Virus record (IMG/VR): IMGVR_UViG_3300037189_025323
Span: 1 to 64,000 of that record
Length of the DNA stretch: 64,000 nt
Direction: 5' to 3' (one strand)
Origin: an uncultured virus (IMG/VR IMGVR_UViG_3300037189_025323)
Taxonomy: Duplodnaviria; Heunggongvirae; Uroviricota; Caudoviricetes
The notes beneath the pieces were generated by a model. That model did no database searches. It saw only the letters and a list, made by a program, of their open reading frames with translations, and had not been told where the DNA came from. The translations under genes and the position numbers were made by a program. Shown piece after piece: positions 56,679 through 64,000 of this stretch. Position 1 is the first letter of the stretch. Every line of letters starts with the position of its first letter.

Positions 56679-57651
56679 ATCCCTCTCCTAGAACATCTGT
56701 AAGGTCCATATGCTCTTTAGACTCCAATAATTCCTTACGATTGCTAATACCCCTATCCTTTAGGGCTATTGCCTGTCCCTTTGTTATACCGCCGATTTTG
56801 ATAAGTTTGACAAGCTCCGAAGAAATTGCTTTTTTAGACCTAAGCAAAAGATCATCAAAAAAACTCTGCATTCCCCAATTAGATACATCAGAATCAATAG
56901 CAGAAAGAACCTTGTAAATTCTTCCAAAGTCACTCTTTAACTCGATTGATTGATTCTTTAACTTGCCAACCGGAGGACCACCAAAAACATGCCACCATAA
57001 AAGAACAGTCAATACACAACCATCATCTATCTCCAAGGGAACAGGAAGACGGTTGCGACAATCCTCTATTATCTCACCCAACTTGCTACAATCACCAGAA
57101 CGACGATTGTTCCTTACATTACCCAAAGCCCAAGCCAAGGCAAGATCATCATTCTCTAAGCCAAGCTCAAAAATGAAAGAGAAATTATTCTTCCAATCAC
57201 AAACATCTGAAGAATGGAAATAATAAGAAGCAGTAATACTCCCCAGAGGAGTAATCTTTACGAAATTACCATCCCAAATTACACAACCATGCTCAGACAA
57301 AAACTCAAAAATCTTTTCCCACTTAACCTCAAATCCAAGATAAGAATGAAAACTTCTTTCATGCCATAACTCAGCACTAACTACATCCAAAACTTCTTCT
57401 GATGCAATCTCAGGAAGAATATGAAAAGCCAAAAGATTCTTTTTACTCAAGACAGAAGATATGCTCAACTCACTTGCAAGATTTAATCCATTCTCTACAT
57501 AATCAGCATCGCTTTCAGCCACAATTAAATCAGCATGGCACTCCCCTAACTCATGCCCTCTTCCCGCTCGTCCGCACATTTGGCGTAAACTTCCAATGGG
57601 AATTCTCTCACCACGCCGACTTGCGCCAACAATAATTACTCTATCAGCCAT
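56665..57651 (-). CDS. Ski2/Hel308-like helicase, C-terminal part
   Basis: ADRVII, motif VI QMCGRAGR, winged-helix ITPLG..ASYY and an HhH-like C-terminus. Confidence 0.85.
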   Translation of the reverse strand: MADRVIIVGASRRGERIPIGSLRQMCGRAGRGHELGECHADLIVAESDADYVENGLNLASELSISSVLSKKNLLAFHILPEIASEEVLDVVSAELWHERSFHSYLGFEVKWEKIFEFLSEHGCVIWDGNFVKITPLGSITASYYFHSSDVCDWKNNFSFIFELGLENDDLALAWALGNVRNNRRSGDCSKLGEIIEDCRNRLPVPLEIDDGCVLTVLLWWHVFGGPPVGKLKNQSIELKSDFGRIYKVLSAIDSDVSNWGMQSFFDDLLLRSKKAISSELVKLIKIGGITKGQAIALKDRGISNRKELLESKEHMDLTDVLGEGYDFS

Positions 57652-58198
57652 TTTGTGAAATAAACTCCCGAATCTTCTTTAAGTCTTTAATAAAAAGATC
57701 TCTAGTCTCCACATTGTTCATCACCAAAGGAGAAGGATGCAACAAAGGAAGAACCGGAATCATATATCGGGAAGAAATAATAAACTTCCCATGATGCTTC
57801 ATCAAGCCATGCATCCCTGTTAATGACTCGAAAGCTGATGATCCCAAAGTAACAATCAAAACTGGATTGACTTCCTTTATCTCTCTATCAAGATGAACTC
57901 GACAAGCTGAAAAATTCTGCTCTGTAAGTAAATACTTTTCCGGAACCAAACACCGAATTACATTTGAAAAATAAAAGAATGAACGGTTTAGCCCAACATG
58001 TTCTTTTATTGCTTCATCAAAATTCTTACCAGAAACCCCAACGAAAGGCTCTCCCTCCCTTACCTCGTCCTTTCCCGGACTCTGACCAATAACCATGATA
58101 GAAGCTTGTTCATTCATATTAGAAAAAACAACTCCCCTGCCACCTAAAGGGCAAGCTTTACAAGACAAACAATTTTCTTTAATTTCCTGCAAAGACAT
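57644..58198 (-). CDS. Uracil-DNA glycosylase, family 4-like
   Basis: CKACPL, GQSPG..E...GEPFVG.SG, SNVIRC and HPSP motifs. Confidence 0.9.
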   Translation of the reverse strand: MSLQEIKENCLSCKACPLGGRGVVFSNMNEQASIMVIGQSPGKDEVREGEPFVGVSGKNFDEAIKEHVGLNRSFFYFSNVIRCLVPEKYLLTEQNFSACRVHLDREIKEVNPVLIVTLGSSAFESLTGMHGLMKHHGKFIISSRYMIPVLPLLHPSPLVMNNVETRDLFIKDLKKIREFISQNG

Positions 58199-58209
58199 AA
58201 AACACCATA

Positions 58210-59127
58210 TTATAAATTTACACCCGCACCCAAAGTGCTTGTTGAGACCAAAATATCCAATCCAGATCTTGGATCAGAAAAAGCTTTTTCTATTTTGTTT
58301 CTTAAAGCAAATGACAAAGAAGCATTATGGAAAGCAGATCTAAAACCGGAAGATTTCAACCTCTTGCATATATCAGCACCAAGAACCTTTGAATGAACAA
58401 AAATAATGATCTTCCCTTCATTATTAGAAGCAAGCTCAACAGCCTTATCTATCTTATCCTGATATCCATCCTCTACCACATGAATTTCAGTAGTAATAGC
58501 TGTTGGTCTCCAACTACTAGTAAAACATTTCGTTGTTTTACCATTCAGCTTCTTCAACCACTTCGCCAAATCTATAGCATTACCCAGCGTAGCAGAAAGA
58601 AGAATAATCCTCGCTTGAGGATTTATCTTGGTTATTCTCATCAATGATGTCTCTATCGAACCATTTCTTTCCCCCATGATATGAGCCTCATCAACTACAA
58701 CACAAGTAATTGAATTGACCCAATCCCGGTACCGACTTCCCCGAACCTTTGAATCAAAAGACTCTGAGGTTACAATCGACAATCTCCCCTGTATGAATTC
58801 CTCAGGAGTAGTTCCATGGTCACTAGTGCTAATAACCACAGAGTACTTAGACAATTGATCGTTCGCTTTCCAAGCCTTAAACTTTTCCTCACTAAGGCTA
58901 CGGAAAGGACAGACAAAGACAACCCTAGCCGAATCATTTTGACTTAAGTGATAAGCAAAAGCACATTCGGCTAAGACTGTCTTCCCTGTTGCTGTTCCAA
59001 ATGCTGCAACCACGTTCATATCTTTATCAATGAACGGAATTACAGCACTTTGGACCGGATTATATTCCGGAAAAGGAGGCTGATAATAAGGAAAGTCAAT
59101 CGTATACATATTAGAGAACAGCGTCAA
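58210..59127 (-). CDS. Ski2/Hel308-like helicase, N-terminal part
   Basis: Q motif, TATGKT, DEAH, LSAT, IIFVHS and FHNA motifs. Ends STSTLGAGVNL*. Confidence 0.9.
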   Translation of the reverse strand: MTLFSNMYTIDFPYYQPPFPEYNPVQSAVIPFIDKDMNVVAAFGTATGKTVLAECAFAYHLSQNDSARVVFVCPFRSLSEEKFKAWKANDQLSKYSVVISTSDHGTTPEEFIQGRLSIVTSESFDSKVRGSRYRDWVNSITCVVVDEAHIMGERNGSIETSLMRITKINPQARIILLSATLGNAIDLAKWLKKLNGKTTKCFTSSWRPTAITTEIHVVEDGYQDKIDKAVELASNNEGKIIIFVHSKVLGADICKRLKSSGFRSAFHNASLSFALRNKIEKAFSDPRSGLDILVSTSTLGAGVNL

Positions 59128-59869
59128 AGATTTCTTGAATCTTCTTGGTCTTCTCTTGATACGAAAGCCTTTCTTTCGTTGGCTTCCCTCCCTTTACCTT
59201 CACTGTCTTAAAATAAGAAAACTCCTTCTTAACCCCGTCCTTATTCATGAAAACAGCATCACCAGATGCCTTTTGAAGGACAACCTGCAAACCCTTATCC
59301 TCTCCATAAATGAAGAGATAGACATCAGAACCAAACCCACCCTTAACATTCGGCTCTACTCCAAGCTTTTCCTTCAACATGTTAATGATAGGAAGCTGAT
59401 CCAAATCATCCTTCTGAGGCTCCACAACCAACACAGGAGCAACTTCCGGGACAATCGCAAGAACCTTTGGCTCTTCCTTTTTTACCTCAATCTTAATTTC
59501 TTCAACAGGAACATCCTCTTCCTGTTTTTTCACAACCTCAACATCAGCCGTCCTAACAGGAGTCGCCAAAATTTCTGGCTTAACCACTTTCTTATGGACA
59601 GGAGAAGAGGACGCAACACACCCAGAAGCAACAACAGGAGCCACAGGAGTAGCAATAACCACAGGAGCAGGAGTAACTGTAGCTACCGGCTTTGCCTTAG
59701 CAGGAGAAGCCTGTAGCGTGTTAATATTGACAGTAGCCTCCAGACACGCTTGGAAAACCAAGCACTGTGAGCATTCCTTGGCTTTCTTATCAAAATGTCC
59801 CCAGCAAGTAGCCGAATGATGAACCTTTGCTCCAGCAACAACACTCTTCTCAGCCTCTTCCGTTCCCAT
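59111..59869 (-). CDS. Protein with N-terminal Cys4 module and Pro/Val/Ala-rich linker
   Basis: CWGHFDKKAKECSQCLVFQAC motif. Confidence 0.7.
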   Translation of the reverse strand: MGTEEAEKSVVAGAKVHHSATCWGHFDKKAKECSQCLVFQACLEATVNINTLQASPAKAKPVATVTPAPVVIATPVAPVVASGCVASSSPVHKKVVKPEILATPVRTADVEVVKKQEEDVPVEEIKIEVKKEEPKVLAIVPEVAPVLVVEPQKDDLDQLPIINMLKEKLGVEPNVKGGFGSDVYLFIYGEDKGLQVVLQKASGDAVFMNKDGVKKEFSYFKTVKVKGGKPTKERLSYQEKTKKIQEIFDAVL

Positions 59870-59900
59870 TTTTTTACATCTCCTCTTCTCTTCAGTTAAA

Positions 59901-60668
59901 TCACAACCCGAATCTCTCAGAAAAAAAAGGTCTCACAACCTCTTTCATAAAGAGGTGAACCTCATTGTAAGATCTTCCAGCAACACGAGCAGACTTGGCA
60001 ATACAAACAGCATCGGGCATGCAATACCCAGCCTCCTTTGTATTACCAAATAAAGCAGTCAAGAAGCCCTCCCAAGCCGGGAACTCTTCTTTCAAGTCAT
60101 CAATGGCTGATACCATTTCAGCAAAAAGAAAAGAATCACCTTCTTTCTTGCCAATTAAATTAGTATCATCGTCAACCGGCTGAAAAACGTCAATATACCT
60201 CTTAGTCTTCTCGCACTGATGGCGAAGGATGTTTTCACAAACCGTCCAAACCCAAGTAGAGAACTCGTACTTTGGATCATACTTGTGAAGCATCTTGACG
60301 ATTCGATTAAAACAAATACCTCCCAAGTCCTTCACGTCATCTAATTTGCAAGTGATTGCATATTTATTAGCCAACTTCCAAACCAATTTATTTATTGATT
60401 CATAGAAAGCATCGCCAATATAAGCACTACTTTTGTGACACTTGCAGTTTTTGTCCTCACAAACAAACTTGCCAGAAAGAATGGCAACAGCATGCTTCTG
60501 AGTGACAGGGACCCGGACAATGGGGGAAGATTCGACAAGGTGAGAGTGATTAGCCATAGCTAAATGGCAACGACAATTCGGGTCTTTACACCGATTGGTC
60601 CCATTAAAATAACTAACCAAATCAAGGAGAGAAACAGGGAAACGAGCAATATTGTCTGACATACCCAC
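59901..60668 (-). CDS. Sigma70/ECF-like factor with duplicated Cys/His N-terminal motif
   Basis: INKLVWKLA..Y, DL and KYDPKYEFSTWVWTVCENIL region-2 pattern. Confidence 0.6.
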   Translation of the reverse strand: MGMSDNIARFPVSLLDLVSYFNGTNRCKDPNCRCHLAMANHSHLVESSPIVRVPVTQKHAVAILSGKFVCEDKNCKCHKSSAYIGDAFYESINKLVWKLANKYAITCKLDDVKDLGGICFNRIVKMLHKYDPKYEFSTWVWTVCENILRHQCEKTKRYIDVFQPVDDDTNLIGKKEGDSFLFAEMVSAIDDLKEEFPAWEGFLTALFGNTKEAGYCMPDAVCIAKSARVAGRSYNEVHLFMKEVVRPFFSERFGL

Positions 60669-60732
60669 GCCTTTTTTCTACAAGCCGATAATTCGGCAGC
60701 CTATTCAAAGCCTAATAAAGCCAACCACTCAA

Positions 60733-61827
60733 TTATACTCCAAAACCCTTATCTTTCAACCCATTAAATAGGGAAATTAACTCATTGGCTGATAAGTTCT
60801 TAGGATCATAACCATTGGGGCAGAGGCACTTATGAACGTGTTTTTTTCCAAAAATTCTTACAAAACTCTCTCCGATCTTATCCATTGCAGCCAGACCTCG
60901 TGCATCCCCATCATACATCAGAACAATGTTTTTGGGCATCAACTCGGCAAAAAGCCTATGCTGGCCTGGGGCAATGTTTATCCCCAAAGTAGCAACAGCA
61001 TTAGGAAACCCCTCCTGCCAAAGCTTCATGACTTCTCTGGGACCTTCTGTGACGATTAGCCAGTCTGCACCCTTCTGACAATCATCAAAGCCAAATAGAT
61101 ATTCTGCCACCTGAAAGTTTATAGCTGTAAGAGTCTTCCTGTAATTATCGGACAAAGGATGCTTCTTCTTCCACTCGTCTTCCCCAAGAAGATCTATAGC
61201 AGCAAAACCCTTAAGCTCCTTCCTCATGTAAAAAGGAATAATAGCCCTATCCGAATAGTACCCCCACGTTCTTTCAAAGATACTATACCGATCAACCGTC
61301 TCTTTTTTTATGTTAGTTGGATGAGGCTTATTGGGAGGCTTAATGAAAAAATCGTAGCACCTCTGGGAAATTGGCTTTTCTACCAAATCCTTACCAATAT
61401 CGTCCAACCCCTGAACGATCTTAGGAGCAACCACTTCTTCAACCTCACGCATCCTCCGCAATCTACCCCGAATGGAATTCAACTGAATCCTCTGTTCAGT
61501 CAAAGACCCAGACTCTTCCCCCGTTATAATGCTAATCGCATCTTTAGGAGAACAATCAAAGAGACGGCAAATTGTCCAAAGAAGATTGCTTCCCCTGCCT
61601 TCCGTTAAACAAAAAGTCTCTCCAGTCTTAATGCTTAACATCCATCTAGGGTGGGACGGTCTCCTATTAATGAAAAGATGATGGTCAGGGCAAAATCCTA
61701 TGACACGATCCCCTGACCATCCATGAATCTTAGTCCCTAGCTTTCCCATAACAGCTTCGATATCTACCCCTGACATTAACCAGGAAATATCTCGATACCG
61801 AAGCTGTTCTTTAATTCCAAGTTCCAC
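60733..61827 (-). CDS. DnaG-like primase
   Basis: Zn-finger-like CPDH..C, RAIIPF, YLFG and TOPRIM VTEG..MYDGD.RG..DP motifs. Confidence 0.85.
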   Translation of the reverse strand: MELGIKEQLRYRDISWLMSGVDIEAVMGKLGTKIHGWSGDRVIGFCPDHHLFINRRPSHPRWMLSIKTGETFCLTEGRGSNLLWTICRLFDCSPKDAISIITGEESGSLTEQRIQLNSIRGRLRRMREVEEVVAPKIVQGLDDIGKDLVEKPISQRCYDFFIKPPNKPHPTNIKKETVDRYSIFERTWGYYSDRAIIPFYMRKELKGFAAIDLLGEDEWKKKHPLSDNYRKTLTAINFQVAEYLFGFDDCQKGADWLIVTEGPREVMKLWQEGFPNAVATLGINIAPGQHRLFAELMPKNIVLMYDGDARGLAAMDKIGESFVRIFGKKHVHKCLCPNGYDPKNLSANELISLFNGLKDKGFGV

Positions 61828-61830
61828 TGG

Positions 61831-62838
61831 TTATGCACCCCGAAGATATTTACGTCCCTTACGAACGTCATAAGCCGTAAACTCTTCCGAAGTATTAAGA
61901 TCATTGGAAATGAAATCGAAAGATTCAACCATTTCCTTATCACACTTAACAGCAGCAGAAAGAAGCAATGCCTCCTTAGACATCGGCTTTACAGAAGTCT
62001 CATCATAAGAAGAAACCGCATGCAGAATAAGCAGAATCAATTCCTGAGATACAGCCTTCCCCTGAGCCTTCGCCTCTGCAACAGCCTTCCTAATAGCAAT
62101 GGACATCCGATTGAATGTCAAATTGTTCAAGCCCAACAACAAACCCTTCTTGGTTGTTTTAGGCAAACAATTCTTGAACTCAAAACCATCAACTGCACCA
62201 ATCTTATGCAACAGAGCAGAAGTTAGAGCAATAGCCTTTTCCATATTAGACATCTCATAACGTCCAGCCAATGCCATAACATTCTCAGCAACGTTTACAG
62301 TAGAGACAAGCAATCCTCCCATCCTTCCATAATAGGGATTCTCACTCCCCGGAGATTCCACAAACTTTTGATACAAAGCCTCATTAGCATCAAAAACCTC
62401 ACCAAGAAGAAGAGTACAGGTTTCTTGCCCTTCTTGAGACTCCATCTTTACAACCTGATCCACAAGTTGAACAAACCGATCTTCAACCTCTTTAATATTC
62501 TCAAAAACAGCAATGAAATCTGACAAATCATCTGGATCATCAACCTTTTCCAGATTCTTGGCAATGATAGAAGGGCTACCTTGATAATCCTCAACCATTG
62601 CAGAAACTAAAACAAAGGTCCCAGCATTCACATCCTGAACCGTTCCCCAGTACTTTACGTTTCTCCCACCAGACTTATCCCGCAGAATCAAATCGGTATA
62701 TTTCTTATTCTGGGCTGTCAGCTTAACATAAGCCGATTCAACATAATAAATCCCAGCAAAAGAACTCCCAATTCCCTGAGACATCAGCAAGGCATGCTCT
62801 TCAGCTTGATTAACCATTTCTTCCTGATCCTTCTTCAT
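61831..62838 (-). CDS. YhaM/CBF1-like OB + HD protein with degenerate active site
   Basis: Y..L.LRDKSG..KYW OB fold, plus GGLL, ALLHKIG and PMSKEA motifs. Confidence 0.7.
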   Translation of the reverse strand: MKKDQEEMVNQAEEHALLMSQGIGSSFAGIYYVESAYVKLTAQNKKYTDLILRDKSGGRNVKYWGTVQDVNAGTFVLVSAMVEDYQGSPSIIAKNLEKVDDPDDLSDFIAVFENIKEVEDRFVQLVDQVVKMESQEGQETCTLLLGEVFDANEALYQKFVESPGSENPYYGRMGGLLVSTVNVAENVMALAGRYEMSNMEKAIALTSALLHKIGAVDGFEFKNCLPKTTKKGLLLGLNNLTFNRMSIAIRKAVAEAKAQGKAVSQELILLILHAVSSYDETSVKPMSKEALLLSAAVKCDKEMVESFDFISNDLNTSEEFTAYDVRKGRKYLRGA

Positions 62839-62882
62839 CTGATTGCCCTTCTGTCTTTTGTTCCCAAATTGAACGACAAACC

Positions 62883-62890
62883 ATTATACC
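62883..62890 (-). promoter_or_regulatory. GGTATAAT promoter element
   Basis: Intergenic, upstream of the YhaM-like gene. Confidence 0.55.
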
Positions 62891-62917
62891 GTTGAGAACC
62901 CAATCCTCACCCTGATC

Positions 62918-64000
62918 CTAAGAATTAAAACCTAAAATTTTTGGCTTCTTAATTGTACTTACCAAAGTTTTTTCCACCTTCGGCTGAGAAATGGCAACCG
63001 GCTGATTAGTAATAACTAATTTTTTCACTTCTTCCATAGCCTCATCCGAAGTCTCTATTTCACTATTAGCTATTGGTTTCATTCCTGTTTTTTCCAAAGC
63101 CTTTTGTTTATCAAGAAAAGAAATTGGAACTCCCGCATCAACACCAACCTCCACCTCTTCCTCTTTTTTAACTTCCTCTTGAGGCTTTGGATCATCCTCT
63201 ACTTGTTTTTCTTCCTGCTGTGAATCCTCTTTCGGTTTTTCCTCTTGATCCACTTCCTTTGTACTCTCTTCCTTTGGCTTTTCTTCCGTTGTCTTCTCTT
63301 CTTGCTTCTTGCTCTGTTTCCCTTTCTCTGTTCCTTTCCCTACTTCGCCAACAGCATTATTTAATGAATTATCTACCGCCTTATTCTGCTTAGGCTCCTC
63401 CTTCCTTTCCTCAACAAATCCATATTTTACATGATGAACAGCCTTAAATGCGAAACAAGCACCATCACGATTCTTTTTGATATCAACACTCCAATAAACA
63501 TCTCTTTCCCATTCTGGAATGCTGAGATCTGAATCGTCTTTCCCGGTTACAGTCACAGCAATAGAGGTATTTGCTACATGAACCTGCTCCTTAGATCCAT
63601 ATACATCCATCTTCCCAGCAGCCTTTCCCTTAGTCTGTTTCTTTTCTACTTCTGTTGAAGCCTGAGTTGCAGTAACCACAGCCAAATGGAAAGCCCTACC
63701 CAACTCCTTACAATCAGTAGCAGCTTTCCCTTGTTCATCAAATTCCCCCCAAGCCTGCTCAACCGGTTTTACGTGGGGCAAATGGTCAATGATCACAACA
63801 TCAATCTTAATTCCCTTTGCCTCTAATTCCCTAATCGCCTCCTCAATCAAAGTGATATCAGTAAAAGCTGGAACTTCTTTTACAAAAATTCTCCCAATTC
63901 CGGGTTGCCTTAAATCTACCTCCATTATTGTTTTCCATTTTTCCAAATTTTCATCAGTAATCGTAGCCAACTTAAAATCCCTATATGGGATTCCACTCAT
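62918..64000 (-). CDS. DnaB-like replicative helicase, C-terminal part (5' end outside window) with long charged tail
   Basis: VVIIDHL, VVTATQ and KKNRDG motifs. Walker A is not in the window. Confidence 0.8.
   Translation of the reverse strand: MSGIPYRDFKLATITDENLEKWKTIMEVDLRQPGIGRIFVKEVPAFTDITLIEEAIRELEAKGIKIDVVIIDHLPHVKPVEQAWGEFDEQGKAATDCKELGRAFHLAVVTATQASTEVEKKQTKGKAAGKMDVYGSKEQVHVANTSIAVTVTGKDDSDLSIPEWERDVYWSVDIKKNRDGACFAFKAVHHVKYGFVEERKEEPKQNKAVDNSLNNAVGEVGKGTEKGKQSKKQEEKTTEEKPKEESTKEVDQEEKPKEDSQQEEKQVEDDPKPQEEVKKEEEVEVGVDAGVPISFLDKQKALEKTGMKPIANSEIETSDEAMEEVKKLVITNQPVAISQPKVEKTLVSTIKKPKILGFNS

Noticed and set aside
57644..58212. Self-splicing intron or split intein joining the helicase halves
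   Set aside because: Only 11 non-coding nt lie between the genes, and neither junction has Hint-domain residues.
1..64000. All plus-strand ORFs in the track (e.g. 47875-49197, 53958-55004, 25739-26491)
   Set aside because: They are antisense shadows of well-supported minus-strand genes, with biased Leu/Ile/Pro/Ser composition and no motifs.
1..64000. Genome-wide TGA or TAG reassignment
   Set aside because: Many genes end at TGA or TAG with tight ATGA-type overlaps, coding density is already high under code 11, and I saw only one internal TGA.

Overview
This looks like a 64-kb piece of a large (jumbo-type) dsDNA bacteriophage genome. Genes are densely packed, all credible ones lie on the minus strand, the code is standard 11, and I recognise no structural genes, tRNAs, rRNAs or CRISPR arrays. 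The window holds four blocks. (i) A DNA replication/recombination block at about 43-64 kb: DnaE, ParB-like, Mre11-like, FEN, RecA, gp32-like SSB, UvsY-like, a split Hel308/Ski2-like helicase flanking a uracil-DNA glycosylase, a sigma-like factor, primase, a degenerate YhaM and DnaB. (ii) Two glycan-biosynthesis islands at about 8.2-14.6 kb and 26.8-42.9 kb. (iii) A class II ribonucleotide reductase with an intein. (iv) An accessory block with an Acb1-like 2H phosphoesterase, CCA-adding enzyme, RuvC, an Hfq-like protein and half of a Rad50. Six signals are not captured by the ORF track: an A9G slippery site that would extend the SSB by a -1 frameshift into a Cys4 module; a methyltransferase with an in-frame TGA in the SAM-binding motif followed by a hairpin (selenocysteine candidate); an intein in a glycosyltransferase; an HNH/Rep-like gene flanked by iteron-like repeats (candidate origin); a shared LAxELLKxAR-type peptide on unrelated proteins, including an unannotated 54-aa ORF; and three promoter motif classes. 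All family calls come from reading motifs by eye, and no searches were run.
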